From contig OZ243956.1 in assembly GCA_965214405.1 (NCBI GenBank), positions 1,184,001-1,248,000 of the forward strand: DNA of 64,000 nucleotides, in the 5' to 3' direction. Of this stretch, positions 20,788-30,183 are shown piece by piece (the first letter of the stretch is position 1; every line of letters begins with the position of its first letter). The position numbers and the translations under genes were made by a program. The DNA comes from Trueperaceae bacterium. GTDB taxonomy: Bacteria > Deinococcota > Deinococci > Deinococcales > Trueperaceae. The notes under the pieces are model-generated. The model was given only the letters and a program-made list of their open reading frames with translations. It was not told the DNA's origin and searched no databases.

Positions 20788-21971
20788 GCCTCGAGCACCC
20801 GCCCAAACCGCTCCACCACCTCGTCCACCTCCGCACGAGTGATAATCAGCGGCGGCACGAAGCGAATCACCGTCGCGCCCGCGTTGATGGTCATCACGCC
20901 CGCGTCTTTTAGCGCGTCGATATAGGGTGCGGCCTTTTCTTTCAGCTCCACGCCGATCATCAGGCCCAGCCCGCGCACTGTGCGGATCTTGGGGGAAGGG
21001 AGCGCGCGTAACCGCTCTTGAAAGTAGCTGCCGACCTCGAGGGCATTCTCGAGCAGCCTCCTCTCCTCTATCTCCTCCAACACCGCCAGCCCCGCCGCCG
21101 CCGCCAGCGGGTTGCCGCCAAAGGTCGTGCCGTGCCCGCCCTTGGGCATCCCCAGCGCCACCGCCTCAGTCATCAGCAGCGCGCCGATGGGCACGCCGCC
21201 GCCCAGGCCCTTGGCAAGCGTAACCATGTCGGGCGCGACGCCGTAGTGTTCGGTCGCCAGAAATTTGCCCGTGCGCCCGACGCCCGTCTGCACCTCGTCC
21301 ATGATAAGGAGCGTGCCGCGCTCGAGGGTAAGGCGGCGGGCAGCCTCGAGAAACTCCCTCTCGGCAGGATGCACGCCGCCCTCGCCTTGGATGGGCTCCA
21401 AAAACACCGCCGCCGTCTCGTCAGTAATGAACTCGTCTAACTCCTCAACCTTGTTGTAAGCGATAAAGTCGTTTTCATACTTGAGAGGTTCGAAGGGCTC
21501 GCGGTACTTTTTCTCCCAAGTAATCGAAAGCACGCCCATCGTCCGGCCCGAGAAGCCGCGCTTGGCCGACACGAAGCGCGGGCGGCCCGTCACCGCGCGC
21601 GCCCACTTCAAGGCCGCCTCGTTCACTTCGGAGCCTGAGTTCGCCATAAAGACGCGCGTCAGACCCGTCCACTCGGGGATGAACTCGAATAATTTGTTAT
21701 AAAACCGCACGCGCGTGTCGCTGCCCAAGTTCTGCGGGCAGACGATGAGCTTTTGCGCTTGTTCGGAAACGGCTTTGGCTAAGCGAGCGTTAGCGTGCCC
21801 CACGCTCGCCACCGCGATGCCCGCTAAGCAGTCGATGTAGGCGTTACCGTCCGCGTCGTAAATCATCACGCCGTCGCCGTGGGTAAAGACGATGTTCGGG
21901 TTCCACAGTCCCGAGTTGTGTTCGGCGTCGCCCTCTAAAATCTCTTGCGTTTTGTTCTTGACTTGGGTCAT
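20784..21971 (-). CDS. lysJ: [LysW]-aminoadipate semialdehyde / acetylornithine aminotransferase
   Basis: Class III aminotransferase: [30 protein letters not shown]; downstream of lysZ. Confidence 0.8.
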   Translation of the reverse strand: MTQVKNKTQEILEGDAEHNSGLWNPNIVFTHGDGVMIYDADGNAYIDCLAGIAVASVGHANARLAKAVSEQAQKLIVCPQNLGSDTRVRFYNKLFEFIPEWTGLTRVFMANSGSEVNEAALKWARAVTGRPRFVSAKRGFSGRTMGVLSITWEKKYREPFEPLKYENDFIAYNKVEELDEFITDETAAVFLEPIQGEGGVHPAEREFLEAARRLTLERGTLLIMDEVQTGVGRTGKFLATEHYGVAPDMVTLAKGLGGGVPIGALLMTEAVALGMPKGGHGTTFGGNPLAAAAGLAVLEEIEERRLLENALEVGSYFQERLRALPSPKIRTVRGLGLMIGVELKEKAAPYIDALKDAGVMTINAGATVIRFVPPLIITRAEVDEVVERFGRVLEA

Positions 21972-22005
21972 AAAACCTCCCTAATTCGCATAACGTATTT
22001 TTATT

Positions 22006-22479
22006 CTATCTCACCGCATAAAACGTCACGGTTGGCCCATAATCATCTGGCTCGGTTGCAAACGTAACATCAAACTTCACCTCAGGAAACTGCATCTGGA
22101 GCGCGGCCCGCCAGGATTGTTGCAGGGTTAGCGCGAGGTATTCATAAACTTTCAAGTCGTATTCACCGTGATTTTTTGTGGGATTCTCAAACAAGTCGTA
22201 AATGTGAACGTGGTTTATCACAGCTTCCACACGCGATTTATCACCTTCTAAACTGTCAAGCCAGTCGGTGAGGCTTGTTTTGGCGTAGTTTGGGGCGAGC
22301 AGGTAGCAGCCTTCAACCTCGACGATTTTGGGCCAGAAATACTCGGCGAAGGCTACGGCAAGATCGAGATTTCCGTAATAGTACAGGTAGTCGCTCATGC
22401 TGAGGTCAGCTCCCACCCAAGTTCCTGCCCAAGCCTTGAAATCCTTTAATTCATTAACATCTAGCTCAGGGCGCTTCAT
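22006..22479 (-). CDS. Hypothetical acidic, aromatic-rich protein inserted between lysZ and lysJ
   Basis: 157-aa ORF, AT-richer than flanks; start overlaps the 3' end of lysZ. Confidence 0.7.
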   Translation of the reverse strand: MKRPELDVNELKDFKAWAGTWVGADLSMSDYLYYYGNLDLAVAFAEYFWPKIVEVEGCYLLAPNYAKTSLTDWLDSLEGDKSRVEAVINHVHIYDLFENPTKNHGEYDLKVYEYLALTLQQSWRAALQMQFPEVKFDVTFATEPDDYGPTVTFYAVR

Positions 22480-23317
22480 CCGTTATCACCGTTCCCCTAC
22501 CCGCCAACGCGCTCTGAATTGGCTTCTGAACTCGAGCGTCCCCAAACACCACCCGCTTCACCCCGCCCGCTACCGCCTCGGCTGCGCCCAACACTTTCTT
22601 TTTCATGCGGCCCTCGGCAAACTCGAGATACTCCCCCACCTCTCCCGCCGGAATAGCTTTAATCAAACTCGTTTCGTCGGGGAAGTTGCGTAGCAAACCG
22701 GGAACGTTGGAGAGGAGCAGGAGCGCGTCGGCTTTCAAAGCAACGGCCACGGCGGCGGCGGCGCGGTCACCGTCTACATTGACGGCCACACCTTCAAAGC
22801 TCGAGCCGGGCGGAGTCAAAACAGGCAGGTAGTTATTTGCGAGGAGAAGCTCGAGCAACCCTACGTTCACCCGCTCCACCGTCCCCGTGTGGTCGCCGCG
22901 CAAAATTTTGACTTTGCCGTTTTCGACGCTGCGGACGCTTTTCTTGTGCTTGCCCTCGAAGATGCGCCCGTCCAGACCGGACAAGCCGACCGCGTTGACC
23001 CCGCGCCGCTGAAGGCGCTCCACCAGTCCCTTATTTACCTTGCCGCAGTAGACCATCTCGAAAATCTCTAAGGTCTCGCGGTCTGTGTAGCGGCTCGAGT
23101 ATCCGCTTGGAGACGTCACAAAGACGGGCGGACGCCCCAGCGACGCGGCGACGCGGTTCGTTTCGGCGGAGCCGCCGTGGACGAGGACGAGTCGCTCTCC
23201 CCTTTTCCACAGGTCCGCCACATCATCACAGAGCGCGTCGTAGTCGATACCGAGTGAACCGCCGACTTTGATAACAATCACAGGGGAATCTCCGTCACGG
23301 GGCAACCTCGAGGTCAT
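22466..23317 (-). CDS. lysZ: [LysW]-aminoadipate kinase
   Basis: IKVGGS, VHGGS, SPSGYSSRYTD, NVDGDR, GRMKKKV. Confidence 0.88.
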   Translation of the reverse strand: MTSRLPRDGDSPVIVIKVGGSLGIDYDALCDDVADLWKRGERLVLVHGGSAETNRVAASLGRPPVFVTSPSGYSSRYTDRETLEIFEMVYCGKVNKGLVERLQRRGVNAVGLSGLDGRIFEGKHKKSVRSVENGKVKILRGDHTGTVERVNVGLLELLLANNYLPVLTPPGSSFEGVAVNVDGDRAAAAVAVALKADALLLLSNVPGLLRNFPDETSLIKAIPAGEVGEYLEFAEGRMKKKVLGAAEAVAGGVKRVVFGDARVQKPIQSALAGRGTVITDEAP

Positions 23318-23399
23318 GTTACCTTGAAGGGTAGGGCGCTGGGTTCAGGTGTTTGAAGGACGAACGGCTTTTACGCCAGAAAGCGATAAGCATTAGCTA

Positions 23400-23738
23400 A
23401 TGAAAGGTTTACACGAACTTTTGAAAGACTTTCACATATGGGGCCAAGCCATTTATCCGGGTGAGTTTAGCTACTTCCCCAGTCTTGGTAAGGAGTTCAA
23501 AAGCGTAGAGATTGATTTCGACCACGCGAGAAGCCAAATTGTTTCTCTAATTGAAGGTCTTTTTGAAGAGCGGTTTACGCATCCTCAAAACGCAATTCAG
23601 AATAATCTTGACGACTTAGAATTGATTGAAAAAGCTTTAAGACAAAAAACCGCCAATGAGAAGGACATATTGGTATACGTTACTTGGATTCAAACATCTC
23701 GAGCTCTGTTGAGGAAGGCTCTGAGGCTTTATGTTTAA
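23400..23738 (+). CDS. Hypothetical protein
   Basis: 112-aa AT-rich ORF filling the gap between two genes; no motif recognised. Confidence 0.55.
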   Translation: MKGLHELLKDFHIWGQAIYPGEFSYFPSLGKEFKSVEIDFDHARSQIVSLIEGLFEERFTHPQNAIQNNLDDLELIEKALRQKTANEKDILVYVTWIQTSRALLRKALRLYV

Positions 23739-23771
23739 CGCATTTGAATCATGGCGTAAGATTTCTATAAT

Positions 23772-25652
23772 CTACCCGCACACCCTGTTGCGGCCCCCCT
23801 GCTTGGCCTCGTAGAGCTTTTTATCAGCCAGAGAGAGCAGCTTTTCATACTCACTGTGATTCTCACCTTGGGGATGAGCTCGAGCCTCAGCCAAACTCGC
23901 CACACCCACACTCACCGTGACGCTCAAATCGGGGTGAAGCGTCGCCCAAGGATGAGTCTGAACCGACCGGCGGACGCTCTCGCACGCCGCGCGCGCGCCC
24001 GCGGCGTGCGTCTCAGGGAAGAGCAGCACGAACTCTTCGCCGCCGTAGCGGGCGACGACGTCGACCGTGCGCGTGCTCTCGCGCAGGAGCCGCGCCAGCA
24101 CCCTCAGCACCTCGTCGCCGACGCCGTGCGAGAAGGTGTCGTTAACGCTTTTGAAGTGGTCGATGTCCAGAAGCGCCACACTTAGGGGGGTGCGAAAGCG
24201 CTTGGAGCGCAGCCATTCGGCCTCGAAACGCTCGACGAAGTGGCGGCGGTTGTAGAGGCCGGTGAGCGGGTCTTCTCGAGCCTGCTTTTCAAGCTTGACC
24301 AGCAGCTCCGACTTTTCTCGGCCCGCCTCCCGTAAGGACGCGGTCAGCGCCTCTAATTCGGCGTTGGCGCGGGAGAGTTCGACGTTCTTGAGGCGGGTCG
24401 CGCCCTCTCTTTCCTTGCGCTCGGCCTCGAAGGTGATGCGAAGGCCCGCCATCTTGCTGGCCGAGGTTTCGTTAAAGACCTCGTCTTTGAGCGCGCAGTA
24501 GCGTTCAAAGTGCTTTAAGGCCCCGCCCAAATCTCCCGCGCGCTTGCACCATTCGGCGAGCGCCCGGTGCGCCCGGTAGCGGTCGCCTTTGGACCCGACA
24601 CTCTCCGCCACTGTAAGCGCCTCCCCGAGTGTGACGCGCGCCTCCTCAACCTCGCCCCGCCGGGTGAGCCATTCGCCCAGCGCGAGAAGCGTTTCGGAGA
24701 GGCTTTTGTTGTCGCCGACGTCTCGCTTAATATCCAGACTCTCGAGAAAATACGTTTCCGCCTGCGGGTGCTCGAGCCCCGCGTAAACGGTGCCCAGATT
24801 CCCCAGCGACTCCCCCACACCCTGCCGGTCGCCGATGGCCTCGCGGAGCGCCAAGCTCTTTTGGTGAAAGGCTCGCGCGCGTTCAAAATCTCCCAGCGCG
24901 TGGTGGACGAGCCCAATGTTGTTGAGTGTGCTGGCCCTGGCGTGCTCGTCTTGAAGCGTCTCGAGCAGCCCAAGCGCCTCGAGCAGATACCTCAGCGCTT
25001 CCTTAAAGTCACCCAGTTTGTAGAGCGTAAACCCAATGTTGTTGAGCGAGCGCGACCGGCTCAGCGGGTCACCCGGTGAGGCGCGGTCCTCGAGCGTTTT
25101 AAGCGTGCGCAAATGATAAGCCAGCGCGCTCTGGTAGTCGCCCAAATAAAAATGCACCGCGCCGATGTTGTTAAATACGGCGACCTCGCGCGCCTTGTCG
25201 CCCAGGGTTTCGCAAAGCCGCCGCACCCTCAAAAAACTCTCAAGCGCGGTGGTGAGGTTTCCCGTCATGATGTGGACCGCGCCGAGCGTCGAGAGCGTGC
25301 CCTCGAGACCGCGCGCGTCGTCAAGCGCCTCAAAAAGGTTCAGCGCCTCCCTCGCGTGAGCGAGCGCCGCGTCGTAGTTTGACAGGCGGAAAAAACAGAA
25401 ACCCTGGTTGCGGAGGCTGTAAGCGAGCCCCCGCCGGTCGCCCAGCCCCTGCGCCAGCGCGCGCGCCTCCTTGCTCAGCTCGAGCGCGCGCGTCGTGTTC
25501 GTATATCTAAGCTCCCAGGCGAGCGCGTTGAGCGCGTCCAAGCGCGCGGACGGTTCGGTGAGGGTGACGAGCCGCGCCTCGAGCGCCCCAACGTTCAACA
25601 GCGCTGAGGCATGTTCATTGGGGGTAGACTTGCGAGCTCGAGATGCCGACAT
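23772..25652 (-). CDS. TPR-repeat diguanylate cyclase (start uncertain, 25652-25790)
   Basis: Tandem TPRs (LNNIG repeats); DPLTGLYNRR, DIDHFK, RYGGEEF. Confidence 0.9.
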   Translation of the reverse strand: MSASRARKSTPNEHASALLNVGALEARLVTLTEPSARLDALNALAWELRYTNTTRALELSKEARALAQGLGDRRGLAYSLRNQGFCFFRLSNYDAALAHAREALNLFEALDDARGLEGTLSTLGAVHIMTGNLTTALESFLRVRRLCETLGDKAREVAVFNNIGAVHFYLGDYQSALAYHLRTLKTLEDRASPGDPLSRSRSLNNIGFTLYKLGDFKEALRYLLEALGLLETLQDEHARASTLNNIGLVHHALGDFERARAFHQKSLALREAIGDRQGVGESLGNLGTVYAGLEHPQAETYFLESLDIKRDVGDNKSLSETLLALGEWLTRRGEVEEARVTLGEALTVAESVGSKGDRYRAHRALAEWCKRAGDLGGALKHFERYCALKDEVFNETSASKMAGLRITFEAERKEREGATRLKNVELSRANAELEALTASLREAGREKSELLVKLEKQAREDPLTGLYNRRHFVERFEAEWLRSKRFRTPLSVALLDIDHFKSVNDTFSHGVGDEVLRVLARLLRESTRTVDVVARYGGEEFVLLFPETHAAGARAACESVRRSVQTHPWATLHPDLSVTVSVGVASLAEARAHPQGENHSEYEKLLSLADKKLYEAKQGGRNRVCG

Positions 25653-25831
25653 AGCCCCATCATAAGGGTGCGCCATCACGGCGTTCTTACAGTCTTTGCG
25701 GTATGAAAAATATAACTGCAAAAAGCAGGCACGCTGGTTTTTCCCGGCACACGCAGCTTCTGGCCTCCGCCCCCAATCTTGACCCGACACGCTGGCGCGT
25801 CACTCTGGTCGTGGTGAACAGCCGTGATGCG

Positions 25832-25933
25832 TTAGTCGCCGAGCCCACGGGCGAAAGGACTCTGGCGCTCTTTCACGGGCTGCGGGCCGGAGCGCGTGGG
25901 CTGAGGCTCTAAGAGGGTCTCCACCCTACTCAT
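25832..25933 (-). CDS. Putative 33-aa leader peptide MSRVETLLEPQPTRSGPQPVKERQSPFARGLGD
   Basis: ATG at 25933 to TAA at 25832; co-directional with and upstream of the TPR-GGDEF gene; followed by a hairpin and T-run. Confidence 0.4.
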   Translation of the reverse strand: MSRVETLLEPQPTRSGPQPVKERQSPFARGLGD

Positions 25934-26185
25934 GGTGAGCGGGGGCAACGTGAGCTTAGCGTGATTTGTTAAGCTTTTATCATGAGCATCATAAAGAAGC
26001 CATAGCACGCGTTTCTGCTTTCCTAAAGACGAAAGTATCGAGCACCTAGGACTGAATTCAGAGGGTCTCACTCGGCACTTTCCACTCGGCACTCTCGTCT
26101 CTGAACGCTCCCGAGGAGGCGTGATAAAAGCCTGCGTGGCTTGTGAAGGCGCAACAAACGCGTCAGGAGAAAGTATGATAGGCCG

Positions 26186-26602
26186 ATGCTGTCACCGCTC
26201 ATCGTTATTTTGCTGCTCTTTTACGCCCTGCTGGTTGCCACGGCGCTGCTCGTCTGGCTGACGCTCACGCTTCCTAGAAAAAGGGTTACGAGAGACAGAG
26301 AAGGGCGCGAAACACCCTCCGCGTCGCGGCGTGCGCCCAAAGTCGAACCTCAGGTCGCCGTGGCTCGACCCGCTGAGCCCGCTACGGGGTCTTCTCTTGA
26401 GCGTCCCCTTGCGTCTCCCAGAGACCTCCCCGGCAACCTCTCCACATCCCGCCCCACCAACGACGCGACGCGGGGCGCGTGGGCGAAAAGGGAGTCCGGC
26501 GAGGCACAAACCGAGGCTCGCGTCAAAACTAAAGAAAAAGATAAAGAAGACGACCCTTTCGAGCGTTTTGTGCGCTCGAGGCGCGACGACTTAGACCTCT
26601 AA
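26186..26602 (+). CDS. Hypothetical single-pass membrane protein
   Basis: N-terminal TM helix, low-complexity linker, DDPFERF tail; -10-like TATGAT just upstream (possibly leaderless). Confidence 0.65.
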   Translation: MLSPLIVILLLFYALLVATALLVWLTLTLPRKRVTRDREGRETPSASRRAPKVEPQVAVARPAEPATGSSLERPLASPRDLPGNLSTSRPTNDATRGAWAKRESGEAQTEARVKTKEKDKEDDPFERFVRSRRDDLDL

Positions 26603-26692
26603 AAAGTTTCAGATAGGTCCTAAGAGAGTGGGCCTCACAGCGTGACGGTTTGGCGTTAAAAAAGTTTGCTGACGCTCGCGCGGGAGAGAACC

Positions 26693-28684
26693 TTATTGGA
26701 TAACGACCCGGAACCTGAGATAACCGAATTTGTCGGGCGCCAAACTGTTGGCACACCGTCCCGTCTCCATGACGGCGAGGTTCAACGTACCGTTGGTCAC
26801 GCCGTTCAAATCAATGTTGACAACCGAGTTGTCGGGACAAGTGAGTTCGACTTCGCCCGTAGCGCCGTAGCTGTTCTGCACCAAACGGGTGCTTGTGGGC
26901 ACGGTGTCGCGGACGACAACGTTAGAGAGCGTGTTGCCCCGTGCGGTAAAGGTGATGCGGTACTCGAGCACGTCGCCGGGCGCGCCCACGCCGCTCTCGC
27001 CGAAACCGCTCCCCTGGGTCACATTCCGCACGGCTTTGCCGAGCGTGAGCGAACCCGCCGCGGCGACGACGGTGGTTGGATCGGTCGCCGTATTGTTACC
27101 GGGCGTCGTGTCGCCTCCGCCGGAAACGGTCGCGCTGTTGGTGAGTGTACTGGGTGCGCTGGGCAAGACGTTGACGCTCAGGGTGAGGTCGGGGTAGCTC
27201 ACATTCGCGGCGAGCGTGTCCGCCCTCGTCGCCGTGACGGTGGAACCGCTCACGCTCACCGTCCACCCGCTCCCACTCGCCGCCTTGTACGACAGGCCGG
27301 TGGGCAGCGTGTCGCTAAGGGTGACGGTGCCCGCAGTCGCGCCCGTTCCTACGTTGGTCACGCGCAGGATGTAGGTGCCGGTTCCGCCACGCACGAACAC
27401 GCCGGTGTGCGTTTTGCTTGGCGTCAAGTCGGGCGCACCCTGAAGCTCGAACGCGCCGGGTTCACAGCCGCCATAGACCGCGCGGGCGACGCCGCGCTGG
27501 TCTTTCGCGCCGACGCCCGCGCCGCAATCTGAACCGGCTGGGATAACGCCGTTCACGCCGCTGCTATTTGCCAGAGACAACGTTTGCGTCGGGCCGCCGT
27601 TGCTGCCTAGCGCCGGGGCGAGCGCCAAAGACGGGGCGGTGATGGTGTTACCCAGCGCGCATGAATTGCTGGTGTTGGTCCAGTTGTTGCCGCCGTCGGT
27701 GCGCGCCGAGCTGACGGCTCTCCCGCTGTTGGCGACGCAGTTCAGAACCGCGCCGCTGAGTTCGGTGTTGTCGAAAATGAGGCTGCTGCGTAACGTGACC
27801 AAACCGGTACTCGCAAAGTCGATAGCGCCCCCCCTGCCGCCTACGTTATGGGCCATCGTGACGTAAGTCAAGGAGAGGCTGCCGTCGACGCGCACGGCCC
27901 CGCCGGTGCCGCCGACCCCGGCCGCCGTTCCCGCCTCCGAACGGTTGTTGGCGAAGGTGGTGTTGGTGGCGTTGACCACCGCTGCTTTGCCGATGTCGAG
28001 GGCGCCGCCGTCGTCTCTGGCTTTGTTGGCGTGAAAGGTGCTGTCGCTAATGTTAACCGTCGCGTTTTCGACCTCCAGCGCGCCGCCGTCGTTGGAGGTG
28101 CTGTTACTAAAGGTCATGCGCTCGAGATTAAGCACGCCCCCCTCGACGTAGATGGCGCCGCCGTTGCTTTTTGGGCTACCGGGGTCTGCGCCACCGTTTT
28201 CTGTTCCGGCGTTGCCGTTGATGAGCGCGAGGTCGCTTATCGTCACGCTCGAGCGACCCGCCGCTGGCAAAAAGAACACGCGGCTGCCGACGCTGCTGTT
28301 AATCACGCCGTCCCAGCCGCCGCTCACCCTGAGCTGCCCTGAAGGGCTCGCCGCCGCGGGGCCGCTGATCACAAGGTTTGACGTGATGTTGATAGCGCCC
28401 CCCGCCGCACTCGTCAGGGTGATGGTGGCCCCCGCGGGTAGTGAGAAGGTAATGGTGTCGGTGCCAGCAAACGCGTTCGCCTCCTGCACAGCGGCGCGCA
28501 GGGTGCAGACGCCCGCCGCTGTGGCGCACACGCCGTTGCCGGGGGCCGCGTCGGCCCCGTCGGCAACGCTGTTGACGGTAAAGGTCGCGGCCCAGCTCAG
28601 CGTCAGCATAGAGACGAGTCCAAGGCTTACGACGAGCGCCCTGACGCGGCCTACAGGTAAGTGTCTTCTAAAGTGTTGAGGCAT
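26693..28684 (-). CDS. Secreted CSLREA-domain / beta-helix / DUF11 surface protein
   Basis: Signal peptide; TFTVNS...CTLRAAVQEAN; GGA repeats; NGGPTQT...DQRG; two DUF11-like C-terminal domains. Confidence 0.85.
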   Translation of the reverse strand: MPQHFRRHLPVGRVRALVVSLGLVSMLTLSWAATFTVNSVADGADAAPGNGVCATAAGVCTLRAAVQEANAFAGTDTITFSLPAGATITLTSAAGGAINITSNLVISGPAAASPSGQLRVSGGWDGVINSSVGSRVFFLPAAGRSSVTISDLALINGNAGTENGGADPGSPKSNGGAIYVEGGVLNLERMTFSNSTSNDGGALEVENATVNISDSTFHANKARDDGGALDIGKAAVVNATNTTFANNRSEAGTAAGVGGTGGAVRVDGSLSLTYVTMAHNVGGRGGAIDFASTGLVTLRSSLIFDNTELSGAVLNCVANSGRAVSSARTDGGNNWTNTSNSCALGNTITAPSLALAPALGSNGGPTQTLSLANSSGVNGVIPAGSDCGAGVGAKDQRGVARAVYGGCEPGAFELQGAPDLTPSKTHTGVFVRGGTGTYILRVTNVGTGATAGTVTLSDTLPTGLSYKAASGSGWTVSVSGSTVTATRADTLAANVSYPDLTLSVNVLPSAPSTLTNSATVSGGGDTTPGNNTATDPTTVVAAAGSLTLGKAVRNVTQGSGFGESGVGAPGDVLEYRITFTARGNTLSNVVVRDTVPTSTRLVQNSYGATGEVELTCPDNSVVNIDLNGVTNGTLNLAVMETGRCANSLAPDKFGYLRFRVVIQ

Positions 28685-28830
28685 GACCTACTCTTATCGC
28701 CGCTGGCGGCGCTCGTTTCGGGGCGTAGCCGCGAACGTCTCAGCCGCGACTTGAAAATACAGCGTACGGCGGCCAGTCACGGCTGTCTATAAGAAAGTGG
28801 GCGTCAGAATGCACTTTACCCGGCGCCTTT

Positions 28831-28878
28831 TCAGAAACAGTTTTAGAAGCGGCTTTAGAGACGGCTTTAGAGACGGCG
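28831..28878. repeat. Four degenerate 12-bp tandem units (AGAGACGGCTTT-like)
   Basis: tcagaaacagtt-ttagaagcggct-ttagagacggct-ttagagacggcg. Confidence 0.7.
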
Positions 28879-29119
28879 GTAAAGAGGTGGGAAGTTCCCA
28901 AGACTTTCCCAGACTTAAAGTGCGGGCCCTCCAAGCGCTAGTCTAAACGCGGCTTTGACGCTCCGCGCTTGACCTCCTCACGAAACTTTGTGGCGAACTC
29001 TATGCCGACTTTGACGTCAGAGCTTGTAGAAGTTAGTGGGTCAGTAACACGCCAACCTCTGCTCTTCTCCTTACCCTCTTCTCCCTCCAATGGATGAGGC
29101 GACCTGAAGAAGGGGTTGG

Positions 29120-29162
29120 TACACTGGTTTGTACACCGGTTTTTACACTGGTTTTTACACTT
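29120..29162. repeat. About 3.5 copies of the 12-bp unit TACACTGGTTTT
   Basis: tacactggtttg-tacaccggtttt-tacactggtttt-tacactt. Confidence 0.8.
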
Positions 29163-29179
29163 AGGCCCAAAGGAGCTCT

Positions 29180-29992
29180 ATGACCTTCGCACCCTACGAA
29201 CGTTACGAACGCCTCTCTTTCTCGAGGCCCGCGCCGCGCGTGTTGGAAATTGTCATGAACCGCCCCGACAAACTCAACGCCGCCGACGCCCTCATGCACC
29301 GCGAGCTCAGCCAGGTTTGGCGCGACGTAGACGCGGACCCCCACACCGCCGCCGTGCTCTTACGCGGCGCGGGGCGCGGCTTTTCGGCGGGGGGCGACTT
29401 AGACCTCGTCGAGGCGATGAGCGAGGACTTCGAGACGCTGGCGCGCGTCTGGCGCGAGGCCAAGGACCTGGTTTACAACTTAGTCAACCTGTCCAAGCCC
29501 GTCGTCTCGGCGATTCACGGCCCGGCGGTGGGGGCGGGGCTCGTCGCGGGGCTTTTGGCGGACATCTCCATTGCGAGCAGTACGGCGCGGATTATCGACG
29601 GGCACACGCGGCTGGGCGTGGCGGCGGGCGACCACGCGGCTATAATCTGGCCGCTGCTGTGCGGGATGGCGAAGGCCAAATACCACCTGCTGCTGTGCGA
29701 GCCCGTCAGCGGTGAGGAAGCCGAGCGCATCGGTTTGGTGTCGCTCTGCGTGCCCGAAGAAGAACTCTACACCAAGGCGTTGGAGGTCGCAGAGCGTCTC
29801 GCCGCGGGTTCGCCGACCGCGCTCCGCTGGACCAAACACGCGCTCAACAATTGGCTGCGGCTGGCGGGGCCGACGTTTGACGCCTCGCTGGCGCTCGAGT
29901 TCTTAGGTTTCACCGGCCCCGACGTACGCGAGGGCGTCGCCTCACACCGCGAAAAGCGCGCGCCCGAATTCAGCGACGAAGCGCCCTTTTAG
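29180..29992 (+). CDS. Enoyl-CoA hydratase/isomerase
   Basis: [25 protein letters not shown]. Confidence 0.9.
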   Translation: MTFAPYERYERLSFSRPAPRVLEIVMNRPDKLNAADALMHRELSQVWRDVDADPHTAAVLLRGAGRGFSAGGDLDLVEAMSEDFETLARVWREAKDLVYNLVNLSKPVVSAIHGPAVGAGLVAGLLADISIASSTARIIDGHTRLGVAAGDHAAIIWPLLCGMAKAKYHLLLCEPVSGEEAERIGLVSLCVPEEELYTKALEVAERLAAGSPTALRWTKHALNNWLRLAGPTFDASLALEFLGFTGPDVREGVASHREKRAPEFSDEAPF

Positions 29993-30183
29993 ATTTGAAC
30001 TCTCGTCTTACGCACCTGCTATGGTTTTCAGACAAGAGGCTGGATTGGGGGTAGGGAGACCGGAGATAGGGAGCACAAGTTTCTGGTCTTCTCCCTAACG
30101 CCCCGTCTCTCCACTCCCCACCTCAGCCACACCGAAGGCTGCGTAACGCCAAGCCAAGCTTTAGAAACCCCTTAGGAGACCCC

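Noticed and set aside
25840..25905. c-di-GMP riboswitch upstream of the TPR-GGDEF gene
   Set aside because: Hairpins are present, but I could not match class I or class II consensus elements.
28831..29162. Tandem repeats as a CRISPR array
   Set aside because: 12-bp contiguous units with no spacers, and no cas genes nearby.
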